64,000 nucleotides of DNA from an uncultured Verrucomicrobiota bacterium (GCA_938003985.1 CALKWZ010000022.1:3749-67748); one strand, 5' to 3'; positions 55,078 to 64,000 are shown, counted from the first letter of the stretch. The notes: generated by a model from the letters alone, not told the origin. Numbers and translations: made by a program.

Positions 55078-56010
55078 ATGCGCCAGCGCTGCTGGGTCCA
55101 CGATTATCGCACGCCCTGCTTCTACCTGATCACCCTGGCAACCGAACCCCGCCGAAGCTGCTTGGGGCGTCTGGAAGGCGAGCAAATCCGGTTGTCGCCG
55201 CTTGGGGAAATGGTGCGGCAGTGCTGGTTTCGTTCGGCGGAAATCTATCCGGGCGTGGAGCCCGGCATCTGCGCCGTGATGCCTGACCATTTCCACGGGC
55301 TGCTGCGGGTGAAGACGCGGCTGGCCAAGCCGATGGGGCAGGTGGTGCGCGGGTTCAAGGCCACCACCACCTTTTTGTGGCGGAGGGATTTCAGCGGCGC
55401 AACAGATGCGCCGCAACTGGACGTGTCCGGTCCCGTTTCGGCGCATCCGTTGCGCCGTTCTGTTGCTGCCACGCTCTGGCAAAAAGGCTTTCAGGACACG
55501 ATTCTCTTGCGCCGGGGGCAACTGGAACGGATGCGGAACTACGTGTTGGACAACCCGCGGCGGTTGGCCATGCGGCGGGCGCATCCCGAACTGTTCACGC
55601 AGGTGGCGCAGTTGACGCATGGCTGTACCGGAATCGGAAACCGGTTTCTGCTGGAACGCCCGGTGCGGCGGCAAGTGCAGGTGTCGCGCACCGTTTCGGC
55701 GGAAGCGTTGGCGGAAAAACAGGCCGAACTGCTCTATGCGGCCGCGCACGGGGCGGTGCTGGTGTCGCCTTGCATCAGTCCGGGCGAAAAGCAGATTGCC
55801 CGGGCCGCGTTGGCGGCGGATGTACCGCTCATCGTGCTGCTGGAAAACGGATTTGCCCCGTATTACAAGCCCGCCGGAAAATATCTGGAAGCGTGCGCCG
55901 CCGGGCGCCTGCTGATGCTGGCGCCATGGCCGCACCATGACGGCAAGCGCGCCATCACGCGCGAGCAGTGTCTGGCGCTGAACCGGCTGGCGCGGGAGAT
56001 TTGCGAGTAG
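55078..56010 (+). CDS. IS200/RAYT-like HUH (Y1) transposase homolog with about 125-aa C-terminal extension; probably domesticated
   Basis: COG1943-type motifs: HDYRTPCFYLITLATEPRR; HuH motif MPDHFHGLL; LWQKGFQDTIL; catalytic-Tyr motif MRNYVLDNP (compare E. coli RayT LPEHMH and DYIYINP). GTG 55063 is an alternative start. No flanking inverted repeats seen. Confidence 0.65.
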   Translation: MRQRCWVHDYRTPCFYLITLATEPRRSCLGRLEGEQIRLSPLGEMVRQCWFRSAEIYPGVEPGICAVMPDHFHGLLRVKTRLAKPMGQVVRGFKATTTFLWRRDFSGATDAPQLDVSGPVSAHPLRRSVAATLWQKGFQDTILLRRGQLERMRNYVLDNPRRLAMRRAHPELFTQVAQLTHGCTGIGNRFLLERPVRRQVQVSRTVSAEALAEKQAELLYAAAHGAVLVSPCISPGEKQIARAALAADVPLIVLLENGFAPYYKPAGKYLEACAAGRLLMLAPWPHHDGKRAITREQCLALNRLAREICE

Positions 56011-57054
56011 TCAGCGCCGCGCGGCGGCCGCGAGCGCGTCGATCGAATCCTGCAGGAGGCCGAAGACGCGGAGGGCGTCGGGCCAGGCGATGCGCTCCGG
56101 GGCTTGGCGGGTTTCGCAGGCGGCGACGAACCGCCGCATGACTTCGCCCACGCCGAAATCGAGCTTGCCCGTCAGATGCCGCCAGCCGGATTCCGCGAAG
56201 CCGCCCCACGTGCCGAGCGTGGCCAGCGCGAGCGTGCGGAAATGGTCCGCCGCGCGGTGCTCGCGGTCGTCGGGCAGCCGCAGCAGGATGTCGCGGAAGA
56301 TATCGTGCACGAGCAGGCCCTTTTCGCCGACGATGGTCATGTGCCACTCGCAGACGGGCGCTTCGAAATTGAGCGAGAAGGCGAGGGGGAAGGCGTCGGA
56401 CTGCAGTTCCAGCGTGGCGAGGGCGGGCGTGGCGTGGCCTTTGGCGGAGGGGAATACGGCCGCGTTGCGGACGCGGAGGTTTTTCCCGAGGCTGTCGCCG
56501 AGATAGAGAAAGTGGGACAGCTCGTCGTAGAGCAGGCCGAACGGCAGCGCCTCGTACCAGTTGGGCAAATGGCGCCGCGGGCTGTTGAGCAGCCGCGTCT
56601 GCACGGCCGTGACGCGGCCGAGGGCGCCGTCGGCGATGAGCCGCCGCGCGCGGACGGCGGCTCGCGTGAACAAATTGTTGTGCATCACGGCCACCATGGC
56701 GCCGCTTTTCTGGACGCGCGCATCGAGATCGGCGATCTCGGCGCGGGAGAGCGCAACGGGCTTCTCGATCAGGACGTCCTTGCCGAGGTCGAGGCAATCG
56801 GCCATCCAGTCGCGGTGGTAGCGCGGAGGCGTGCTGATGCTGACGGCGGAGGCCTGCGCCAGCCACGGAATGCCGGCGGCGGACGTCGCCGCGGAAAAAT
56901 TCGGGATGCCGAATTTGGCGGCCACGGCGCGCGCGCGGGTTTCGTCGGGATCGACGATGCCGACGATTTCGACCTGCGGCAGGCGGCGCAGGGCGGGGAT
57001 GTGCCGGGCCTCGCAGACCCAGCCGGCACCGATCATGGCGATCTTCACGGGCAT
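56011..57054 (-). CDS. Gfo/Idh/MocA-family NAD(P)-dependent oxidoreductase
   Basis: N-terminal Rossmann IAMIGAGWVCEARHIPAL, EKP motif (LIEKPVAL). ATG 57054. The track ORF 56011..58065 fuses this with the upstream epimerase frame. Confidence 0.8.
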   Translation of the reverse strand: MPVKIAMIGAGWVCEARHIPALRRLPQVEIVGIVDPDETRARAVAAKFGIPNFSAATSAAGIPWLAQASAVSISTPPRYHRDWMADCLDLGKDVLIEKPVALSRAEIADLDARVQKSGAMVAVMHNNLFTRAAVRARRLIADGALGRVTAVQTRLLNSPRRHLPNWYEALPFGLLYDELSHFLYLGDSLGKNLRVRNAAVFPSAKGHATPALATLELQSDAFPLAFSLNFEAPVCEWHMTIVGEKGLLVHDIFRDILLRLPDDREHRAADHFRTLALATLGTWGGFAESGWRHLTGKLDFGVGEVMRRFVAACETRQAPERIAWPDALRVFGLLQDSIDALAAAARR

Positions 57055-57059
57055 GGGGC

Positions 57060-58076
57060 TCAGCCGACGAGCTTGACCTTCGCGGGGTCGAGCTTGCCGT
57101 TCTTCAGGAACCATTCGATTTCGTCGCGCAGGGCGTCCTTGAGGGGCCGTGGCGCGTAGCCGAGCTGGGACTTGGCCTTCTGGTTGGAATAGTAGAGATC
57201 GCACCAGGCGCGCTTGGCGGTGGAGACGCGGATGAACGGATCCTTGCCGGTAATCTTGAAAAGCGCCTGGCAGGCGTAGGCCAGCGGGAAGACCGCCAGC
57301 AGCGGCAGCTTGAGCGCGGGCGGCGGCACGCCGGTCAATTCGCGGATGAGGGCGAAATACTCGGAGAGCAGCAGGTTGTCGTCGCCGCACAGCAGATAGC
57401 GCTGGCCGAGGGTGCCTTTCTCGAGCACGAGCAGGTGGCCGGCGGCGACGGAACGGACGTCGACGTAGTTGTGGCGCGTGTCGAAGTAGCCGGGCAGGGA
57501 ACGGTTGATATAGTCGATGATGAGCTTGCCGGTGTAGGTCGGCTTGACGTCGCCGGGGCCGACGGCGGCGGCCGGCTGCGCGATCATGACGGGTACGCCT
57601 TCCTGCGCGAAGAGCTCGAGGGCGGTTTTTTCGCCGAGGTACTTGGAGCGCTCGTAATCGGTGGAGGCGTTCCAGAGGTTGAAGGGGGTATCCTCGTCGT
57701 TCATCCGGCCGCGGCCGGCGCAGCCGAGGGCGGCGGTGCTGCCGGTGTGGACGATGCGCTGGACGCCGGCCTTCTGCGCGGCGCGGAGGATCTGCTTCGT
57801 GCCCTCGACGTTGCTGGTGAAAATGTTGTCGCGCTGGGCGGAGGAGGGGGTGTTGACGCCGGCGACGTGCAGCAAGGCGTCCGCGCCGGCGAGGAAGGGG
57901 GCCAGATCGGCGTCGTTGCGGACGTCGCCGCGGAAAATCTGCGCGCCGAGGTCGCGGACGGCGGGCTGGGGTTCGCTGCGCAGCAACAGCCGGAGCTGGT
58001 AGCCTTTTTCCGCGGCCTGGATGGCCACGTGGGAGCCGATGAAACCGTTGGCGCCGGTGATGCACAGGGTCTTCAT
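57060..58076 (-). CDS. NAD-dependent epimerase/dehydratase (extended SDR)
   Basis: TGANGFIGSH Rossmann motif, YxxxK (YERSK). ATG 58076 (MKTLCITGANGF). Confidence 0.8.
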   Translation of the reverse strand: MKTLCITGANGFIGSHVAIQAAEKGYQLRLLLRSEPQPAVRDLGAQIFRGDVRNDADLAPFLAGADALLHVAGVNTPSSAQRDNIFTSNVEGTKQILRAAQKAGVQRIVHTGSTAALGCAGRGRMNDEDTPFNLWNASTDYERSKYLGEKTALELFAQEGVPVMIAQPAAAVGPGDVKPTYTGKLIIDYINRSLPGYFDTRHNYVDVRSVAAGHLLVLEKGTLGQRYLLCGDDNLLLSEYFALIRELTGVPPPALKLPLLAVFPLAYACQALFKITGKDPFIRVSTAKRAWCDLYYSNQKAKSQLGYAPRPLKDALRDEIEWFLKNGKLDPAKVKLVG

Positions 58077-58138
58077 AAGGGCTTGAATATGGCCCGAGAA
58101 TGCCATTAACTCAAGTCCCATTCGACAAAGGGCGCTGC

Positions 58139-60091
58139 ATGGACAACCGTTGGATCAAAATCGGGGCGTTGGGGCTGGTGCTGGCGTTGGCGGCGGGGCT
58201 GCGGTTCGCGGACCTGTCGCGGTCGGCGGTGCGCAGCGACGAAATCAACTTCCTGAACTACGTGGAGCGGAACCAGTCGCTGGTGGACCTCTGGAAGACG
58301 CCTCCGTGGTTCAACCAGATTCCGCTGGCGGATTCCGTGCCGATCGTCTGGGCGCGGCTGACGCGGCAAGGCGCGAGCGAAGCGGTCGTCCGCCAGCCGT
58401 TCGCGTTGCTGGGCTGGCTGACGGTGGCGTTCGGCGCGCTGTGGGCGACGCGCCGGCGCGGGCTCGGGGCGGGCCTGCTGCTGGGGGCGTGGCTGGCGAT
58501 CTTGCCGTTCCACGTCTACCACTCGCGCGAGGCCTACTACTACGTGCTGGTCATGGCGTGTTCCGCCGGCCTGGCCTGGCGCGGCGCGGATTTCGCGGCG
58601 AAACTCCGCGGCGGCGGGCGGATCCTGGCGCGCGAATACGCCGAATGGACGGCGTGGACGTTGCTGGCCTGCATGGGCCACATGTCCGTCTGGGTGGTGG
58701 CCGGGGTGGCGTGGCTGGTGCTGGCGGGTTCGGGCTGGTCGGGACAGGCCCCCGCGGGGCGCAAGCGCCACGGGGTGGCCATGGGCCTCGTCGCGGCGGC
58801 TCTCGCGGCGGGAATGATCCGTTGGGTGTTGCGGGCGCTCTACGAAATGCAGCGCGCGGCGGCGGATCCTTCGGCGCACATCGGTTCGGCGTTCGATTTC
58901 GTCGGGCCGCGGGTGCTGCCGTTCTTCGCCGGCGGGGCGAACGGCATCGGCATCGCGATCCTCGCGGCCGCCCTGGCGGCGGCCGGCTGGGTTGTCTGGA
59001 AGAGCCGCGGCCGGCCGGGCCGGGGGGATCCGCTGTACGGCGCGCTGGCTTGGCTGGCGCTCGGCGGGCTGGCCGGATCCTACTTCTACATCACCGCCGT
59101 CGGCGGCGGCGACAAGGCCAAACTGGCCTATTTCGCGGCCAATCTGCCGGCGTTCCTCGCGTTCGCGGCGTTCTCGTTCGACCGGGCCTTTTCCGGAACC
59201 AGCGCCGGCCGCCGGCTGGCGCTGGATGCGGGCGTCGCCGCGGCGATCGTGGCCCTGCTGGCGATGCCGGCTTGGCAGGTGACGCGCCTGGAAGGCAAAA
59301 CCACGGCCTACCGCGTGCTGCGGGCGTGGCTGGACGCGAACCTGGCGCCGGGCGACGCGGTCGTCGTGGACCGCTGGTACGAGCCGTGGAACGAGATGGC
59401 GCGCTATGCGCCGTCCAACGTGTTCGTGACCTTCACCGTGCCGGACGAGCCCTACGACAACTACGTGGGCTACCACTGGCGCAAGACCACCCAAACGGCG
59501 TTCGAGCGCAACGGGGCGCAGGCGTTCATCCGCATCGCGCGCAACCACGAAAAGCGGGCGGGTCTGTGGACCTGGCCCGAAAAATGGTTCGCGCACCGCG
59601 CGGTGGTGACCAACACGGCGGGGGTGTGGCTGCGCGACACGGGGTTCGCGCCGATGGAGGAGTTCTATTCGGAGACCAATCGGGTGGCGACGGAAGTGTT
59701 CTACGACACGCATGCCGACGTCGCCGCGCGGGCGCGGGCGGCCGGCCAGGACGCCGTCTGGTTCTTCGGCGCCGGCTGGCGGCTGTTCAAGCCGTGGCAA
59801 CAAGGCGATTTTACGGACTACCGCGTGCTGGAAGGCGCAGGCGCCATGGAAATCCACAATCTGCGGGACGTTCCGCTGAAACTGGCCGGCGAAGTCGTCG
59901 CCGTCGGCATGGGCGGCGAGCAGCGGGTCCGGATCGGGGATTTGGCGCCGCTGGCGTTTCCGGAGGGGCGCCTGGAACGCCGGACGTTCGCGCTGGAATT
60001 GCCGCCGGGCGTCCAGGTCCTGCGCTGGAAAAAAATCGGCGCCGGCGGCGCGTTGCTGGTGCGGGAGTTCCGGCTGGACCGCGCCGAATAG
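58139..60091 (+). CDS. GT-C fold membrane glycosyltransferase (ArnT/PMT, GT39/GT83-like) with C-terminal periplasmic domain
   Basis: About 11 TM helices; first periplasmic loop RSDEINFLNYVERNQS resembles the ArnT/PMT DE loop; about 230-aa C-terminal soluble domain. ATG 58139 (AAAGGG 8 nt upstream); alternative ATG 58100. Confidence 0.65.
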   Translation: MDNRWIKIGALGLVLALAAGLRFADLSRSAVRSDEINFLNYVERNQSLVDLWKTPPWFNQIPLADSVPIVWARLTRQGASEAVVRQPFALLGWLTVAFGALWATRRRGLGAGLLLGAWLAILPFHVYHSREAYYYVLVMACSAGLAWRGADFAAKLRGGGRILAREYAEWTAWTLLACMGHMSVWVVAGVAWLVLAGSGWSGQAPAGRKRHGVAMGLVAAALAAGMIRWVLRALYEMQRAAADPSAHIGSAFDFVGPRVLPFFAGGANGIGIAILAAALAAAGWVVWKSRGRPGRGDPLYGALAWLALGGLAGSYFYITAVGGGDKAKLAYFAANLPAFLAFAAFSFDRAFSGTSAGRRLALDAGVAAAIVALLAMPAWQVTRLEGKTTAYRVLRAWLDANLAPGDAVVVDRWYEPWNEMARYAPSNVFVTFTVPDEPYDNYVGYHWRKTTQTAFERNGAQAFIRIARNHEKRAGLWTWPEKWFAHRAVVTNTAGVWLRDTGFAPMEEFYSETNRVATEVFYDTHADVAARARAAGQDAVWFFGAGWRLFKPWQQGDFTDYRVLEGAGAMEIHNLRDVPLKLAGEVVAVGMGGEQRVRIGDLAPLAFPEGRLERRTFALELPPGVQVLRWKKIGAGGALLVREFRLDRAE

Positions 60092-60093
60092 GC

Positions 60094-60115
60094 GCGGGGA
60101 AATTCCGCATTTTTG
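60094..60115 (+). terminator. weak putative Rho-independent terminator after the GT-C gene
   Basis: gcgg-ggaaatt-ccgc stem-loop followed by atttttg; only a 4-bp stem. Confidence 0.25.
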
Positions 60116-60176
60116 ATTGCGCGGGCAGGGGTGGCCCGGTATGGTCTCCGCAACCTTTGAAGAGGGAGCATTGGCA

Positions 60177-61448
60177 ATGATGAAATCGATGAAGTGGACG
60201 TTGACGGCGGCGCTGGCCGCGTCGTGCTGGATGGGTTCGGCTCGGGCGGCGGACGACGATCTGTTCGCGCGCGCGCCGTGGTTCGGCACCGTGGGCCTGA
60301 ACTGGTACGAAACCGAAGGCGATTGGGAAATGGAATCCGGCCTCGGCCTCATGGGCAAGATCGGGTACAGCTTCAACGCCTGGTGGGATCTCGAAGCCGG
60401 CCTCAACTTCATGCCGTCGCTCTCCGCGCGGGACCAGGAAGACCTCAACGTCGAGGCGCTCGACGGCAGCACCACGGCGCTGCGGCTGAGCCTGGAAGGG
60501 CTGCTGCACCTGCGGTCCCTCGAAAACCGCCGCATCGATCCGTTCCTCTTCGCGGGCCCGTCCGTGACGTTCTTCGGCGACGACGTCGAAAACGGCAAGA
60601 CCCAGCTCGGGTTGTTCGGCGGCGCGGGCGTGTTCTACCACTTCAACGATTCCTGGGCGCTGCGGGCCGACGCCGCCGTCGGCGTGCAGGGCAAGAACAG
60701 CGAAACGCCGGCCATCGTGGAAATGGGCGTGACCTACCGGTTCGGCGCCACGAAGCGCATCGCGCCCCAGTACGTGGTGGCCGAGGGCGGCGACATCGAC
60801 AGCGACGGCGACGGCCTCTACGACAAGGACGAGGCGGTGGTCGGCACCGATCCCTACAATCCGGACACCGACGGCGACGGCCTCTCGGACGGCGACGAGC
60901 ATTTCGGCCGCCGCGGCTACACCACCGATCCGCTGAATCCCGACAGCGATTGGGACGGCCTCAAGGACGGCGCGGAAGTGCTGACCTACAAGACGACCCC
61001 CCTGGATCCCGACACGGACAAGGGCGGCGTCACCGACGGCCACGAAGTCATCGAAGACGGCACCAATCCGCTGGATCCCGCCGACGACCTGCAGAAGTTC
61101 ACGCTGCTGATCGAGTTCGACTACGACAAGTCGTTCATCCGGCCGCAGTACCACAAGGATCTGGAGCCGGTCGTGAAGGTCCTGCAGCGTTCGCCGGACG
61201 CCACCGTCCGCGTGGAAGGCCACGCCGACAAGCGCAAGCGCTCGACGCGGGAATACAACCAGAAGCTGAGCGAACGCCGCGCCAACGCCGTGAAGGACTA
61301 CCTGGTCGAGAAGAGCGGCATCCAAGCGGCCAACGTGACGGCGGTGGGCTACGGATTCGACCGGCCCGTCGCGCTGAACGACACCGAGGCGAACATGCAG
61401 AAGAACCGCCGCACGGACATCTACATCAAGAAGGGCGGCGCGAAGTAG
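60177..61448 (+). CDS. OmpA-family outer-membrane protein with thrombospondin type-3 (Ca-binding) repeats
   Basis: Signal peptide; beta-barrel-like N-terminus; TSP3-like repeats DSDGDGLYDKDE, DTDGDGLSDGDE, DSDWDGLKDGAE, DTDKGGVTDGHE; OmpA_C domain (RVEGHADKRK...YNQKLSERRANAV). Start 60177 or 60180. Confidence 0.85.
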   Translation: MMKSMKWTLTAALAASCWMGSARAADDDLFARAPWFGTVGLNWYETEGDWEMESGLGLMGKIGYSFNAWWDLEAGLNFMPSLSARDQEDLNVEALDGSTTALRLSLEGLLHLRSLENRRIDPFLFAGPSVTFFGDDVENGKTQLGLFGGAGVFYHFNDSWALRADAAVGVQGKNSETPAIVEMGVTYRFGATKRIAPQYVVAEGGDIDSDGDGLYDKDEAVVGTDPYNPDTDGDGLSDGDEHFGRRGYTTDPLNPDSDWDGLKDGAEVLTYKTTPLDPDTDKGGVTDGHEVIEDGTNPLDPADDLQKFTLLIEFDYDKSFIRPQYHKDLEPVVKVLQRSPDATVRVEGHADKRKRSTREYNQKLSERRANAVKDYLVEKSGIQAANVTAVGYGFDRPVALNDTEANMQKNRRTDIYIKKGGAK

Positions 61449-61455
61449 CCCGTCC

Positions 61456-62631
61456 ATGACGGAAGAATCCGCCTCCTCTTTGCCCTCCGGCGCCACCGTG
61501 GTGGAGCTGGAGGGCAAAACCGTTTATATCGTCGGCACGGCGCACGTCTCCGCGCAGAGCGTGCAGGACGTACGCGCCGCCGTCGCCGCCGTGCGGCCGG
61601 ACGTGGTCGCCATCGAACTGTGCGAGCCGCGCTATCAGGGCCTGGTGAAGAAAGCCGCCTGGCGGAACACCAACCTCTTTCAGCTCATCAAGCAGAAGAA
61701 GGCGACCTTCCTGCTCGCGCAACTGGCGCTGCAGGCCTTCTACCGCCGGCTCGGCAAGCAGCTCGAAGTCGAACCCGGCGCGGAAATGCTGGCCGGCGCG
61801 GCCTGCGCCGAGGAAACGGGCGCGCGGCTCGAACTGATCGACCGGCGCATCGACCTCACCCTCAAGCGGGTCTGGCGGCACCTGGGATTTTGGCAGCGGA
61901 TCAAGCTCTTCGGCACGCTGGCCGGCGCCATGTTTTCCACGGACGAAATCGCCGCCGCGGACGTCGAGGCGCTCAAGAAACAGGACCAGCTCGAAGCCCT
62001 GCTGGGCGAGATGGGAAAATCCTTCCCGGAAATCAAGAAGCGGCTGATCGACGAACGCGACGTCTACCTGGCCCAGAAGCTGCGCGCGGCGCCGGGCACG
62101 CGCATCGTCGCGGTAGTGGGCGCCGGCCACGTGCCGGGCCTGCTGAAGTCCATCCGGGCCGATGCGCCGCTGGCGGAACTGGAAAGCCTGCCGCCGCCGT
62201 CGCGCTGGTCGAAGATCTGGCCGTGGCTGATTCCCGCCGCGGTGGTGGCCTTGCTCGGTTGGGGCTTCGTCCACGGCGGCACCGAGCGGGGCGTGGATTC
62301 CATCGTCATCTGGGTCGGCGTGACGGGGGCGTTGGCCGCGCTGGGCGCGGCCGTGGCCTTGCCGCATCCGCTGACCGTCCTGTCGGCGTTCCTCGCGGCG
62401 CCGCTGACGACGCTGCATCCGGCGTTGGCCGCGGGCTGGGTCGCCGGCCTGGTGGAAGCCTGGCTGCGGCCGCCGGCGGTGGCGGATTTCGAAGCCTTGC
62501 CCGGCGCGATGGAGAATTTCCGCGATTTCATCCGCCATCCCGTCGTGCGGATCTTGCTGGTGGTGGCGACGACGAATCTCGGCGCCAGCCTCGGGACCTT
62601 CGTGGCGATCCCGTGGATCGCGGCGCGCTGA
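61456..62631 (+). CDS. TraB/PrgY/GumN-family protein
   Basis: N-terminal VYIVGTAHVSAQS and AIELCEPRY motifs, C-terminal TM helices typical of TraB-family proteins. ATG 61456, 7 nt after ompA-like stop. Confidence 0.8.
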   Translation: MTEESASSLPSGATVVELEGKTVYIVGTAHVSAQSVQDVRAAVAAVRPDVVAIELCEPRYQGLVKKAAWRNTNLFQLIKQKKATFLLAQLALQAFYRRLGKQLEVEPGAEMLAGAACAEETGARLELIDRRIDLTLKRVWRHLGFWQRIKLFGTLAGAMFSTDEIAAADVEALKKQDQLEALLGEMGKSFPEIKKRLIDERDVYLAQKLRAAPGTRIVAVVGAGHVPGLLKSIRADAPLAELESLPPPSRWSKIWPWLIPAAVVALLGWGFVHGGTERGVDSIVIWVGVTGALAALGAAVALPHPLTVLSAFLAAPLTTLHPALAAGWVAGLVEAWLRPPAVADFEALPGAMENFRDFIRHPVVRILLVVATTNLGASLGTFVAIPWIAAR

Positions 62632-62637
62632 GGCGCG

Positions 62638-63321
62638 TCAGTCCGAAAGCGACCGCACGAGGGCGTAGAAGCGGTCTTCGTAGTCCGCGAATTTGCCGAG
62701 GCGGTTCAGCATCTGGGCCAAGGGGGCCAGGCGCGTGCGGTCCCGGGCGGCCTGCCGGAACGCGAGTTCGATGGCGTGCCGCGAACCGTCGGGATCGGCC
62801 CGCAGATCGCGGGCATTGCCCGGGGCGGACGCCCGGACCACCTCGAACAGCAGCTTGAGCAGGCAGACTTCCCACGGCTCGTCCACGCCCCGCACCAGCG
62901 CGGAGAGGGGGTCCTCGCGCGATTTCAGGTCGGCCCGGACCCGATCGAGGACGTTGTCGACGGTATCGTGCACGATGGATTCGGTGAGCGTTTCCTGGCG
63001 GATCTTGAAGCCGTACTTCAGCAGGACCAGCTCGGCTTCGTGCTCGCGCAGCCACCGGACGAAATCCTCGGCGGGGCCGGACCGGAAGCCTTCCGCCAGC
63101 GGGGATTCCGCGAGCGACCCCGGCGTCAGGATTTCGGGCCGGAACGACTGGATGCGGCCTTCGCGGATGCGCACCTGGCCGACGGTGTCCATCAGCTCGG
63201 TGACGAGGCGGTAGTTGATCAGGGTGGTGCCGAAGGTTTCCAGGCGGCCGCGCGGCAGTTCCAGCACTTCCGTGTTGTTGACGGCGTACCAGAAATCGAA
63301 TTCTCGCGGCGGACGGCTCAT
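62638..63321 (-). CDS. hypothetical protein
   Basis: 227-aa ORF with ATG 63321, GC3-biased; no recognised motif. Stop 6 nt from the convergent traB-family stop. Confidence 0.5.
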   Translation of the reverse strand: MSRPPREFDFWYAVNNTEVLELPRGRLETFGTTLINYRLVTELMDTVGQVRIREGRIQSFRPEILTPGSLAESPLAEGFRSGPAEDFVRWLREHEAELVLLKYGFKIRQETLTESIVHDTVDNVLDRVRADLKSREDPLSALVRGVDEPWEVCLLKLLFEVVRASAPGNARDLRADPDGSRHAIELAFRQAARDRTRLAPLAQMLNRLGKFADYEDRFYALVRSLSD

Positions 63322-63440
63322 GGTGGGCCGAACTTACGGCATCGCGGCGGCGAACGCAAGGCGGGACGGGGGCGCGCGGCCGGTGCGCGCGGCGGCAGGG
63401 AGGCATTGCGCGGCGGCGCGGGAACCGCTAGGATGACGGC

Positions 63441-63737
63441 ATGAATGTCTGGAAATTCATCCAGCGGATCTGCCTGATCGCGATCGTCGCGCTCGTCGTG
63501 GGGATCGTCCTGCGGCTGTACCTGCCGAAGATCGAGGAGCAGAAGCGGCTGCGGGCGCAGACGGAAGCGCTCCGCCAGGACATCCAGCGCGAGGCCGAGC
63601 AGTTGCGCCAACTCAAGCGCAAGCAGGAAAAACTCCAGGAAGATCCCCGTTTCGTCGAAAAGATCGCGCGGGAAGACCTGAACTACGCCAAGCCCGGCGA
63701 GACGATCTTCCGGTTCGTGGACGAAGACAAGCCGTAG
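63441..63737 (+). CDS. ftsB: septum formation initiator family protein (FtsB/DivIC-like)
   Basis: N-terminal TM helix, coiled coil (EEQKRLRAQTEALRQDIQREAEQLRQLKRKQEKL), conserved C-terminal DLNYAKPGE. Confidence 0.7.
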   Translation: MNVWKFIQRICLIAIVALVVGIVLRLYLPKIEEQKRLRAQTEALRQDIQREAEQLRQLKRKQEKLQEDPRFVEKIAREDLNYAKPGETIFRFVDEDKP

Positions 63738-64000
63738 CGCGCGGTCGCCCAGGCGAGTTCGCCGGCGATGGTCCGGGCCAGGGCGCGGGGACGCAGGGCG
63801 CGGGGGAGGACGTCCAGGGTGTAGGTTTCCACTTCGCTGAAAACGCGGCGCGCTTTCGCGAAAAACGCGGGGGTCAAGTGGCCGCGCGTGGAGCGCAAGG
63901 GGCCGGAGCCGGCCCACGTCAGCGGCACGTGGTAGTGGGTGCGCACGACGGCTTGCTCCGGCAATTTCGGCAGGGCCTTCAGCGCCGGGCCCAGATCGGG
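63683..64000 (-). CDS. hypothetical protein, 5'-partial (N-terminus beyond window end)
   Basis: Minus-strand frame open from 64000 down to the stop at 63683; GC3-biased. Overlaps ftsB 3' end by 55 nt, which lowers confidence. Confidence 0.3.
   Translation of the reverse strand, partial: PDLGPALKALPKLPEQAVVRTHYHVPLTWAGSGPLRSTRGHLTPAFFAKARRVFSEVETYTLDVLPRALRPRALARTIAGELAWATARYGLSSSTNRKIVSPGLA

Noticed and set aside
56011-58065. 684-aa minus-strand ORF fusing oxidoreductase and epimerase regions
   Set aside because: Upstream two-thirds is an Arg-rich alternate frame of the epimerase gene. The Gfo/Idh/MocA gene starts at ATG 57054 and the epimerase is a separate frame (57060..58076).

Overview
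64-kb window, very GC-rich (roughly 70% by eye) and gene-dense on both strands; no rRNA, tRNA or CRISPR array detected. About 55 protein-coding genes are supportable. Many long antisense or alternate-frame ORFs in the supplied track are GC artefacts (Arg/Gly/Ala/Pro-rich, no motifs) and are rejected below.

Likely genes, in order: a 5'-partial GT9 heptosyltransferase; metG and convergent miaB; a small zinc-ribbon/histone-H1-like protein; a PAS histidine kinase overlapping a sigma-54 response regulator; a GT-C-like polytopic membrane protein; a 2107-aa secreted subtilisin/proprotein-convertase-like protease with tandem 822-bp intragenic repeats; a cation:proton antiporter fused to two USP-like domains and a PtsN-like EIIA domain; apbE (flavin transferase); nqrB-C-D-E-F with no nqrA adjacent; a GreA-family factor; kdsD/gutQ; proB and proA split by an inserted four-helix-bundle gene flanked by inverted heptamer repeats; a radical SAM enzyme coupled to an acylphosphatase; dapF; trkA plus two tandem trkH paralogs whose 5' 240 bp are near-identical; aspS; an ABC ATPase plus FecCD permease with no binding protein; a complete MoxR–DUF58–DUF4381-like–BatA–BatB–BatC–BatD–BatE aerotolerance-type operon preceded by a membrane-anchored Hsp20; and an envelope glycosylation cluster (two polyprenol-phosphate GT2s, a B12 radical SAM, a Gfo/Idh/MocA oxidoreductase, an SDR epimerase, an ArnT/PMT-like GT-C) interrupted by a RAYT/IS200-like HUH transposase homolog with a C-terminal extension. 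The window ends with an OmpA-family protein with TSP3 repeats, a TraB-family protein and FtsB.

Unusual non-coding features: a family of AT-rich (about 35% GC) GATTCAG/GAATCCTG hairpin repeats at four gene junctions, tandem 19-bp palindromes inside the Bat operon, and frequent ATGA/GTGA/TGATG start–stop overlaps. Gene content (Bat operon, Nqr, lysine-rich histone-like protein) loosely suggests a high-GC member of the PVC superphylum (Planctomycetes–Verrucomicrobia–Chlamydiae), but this is inference only.
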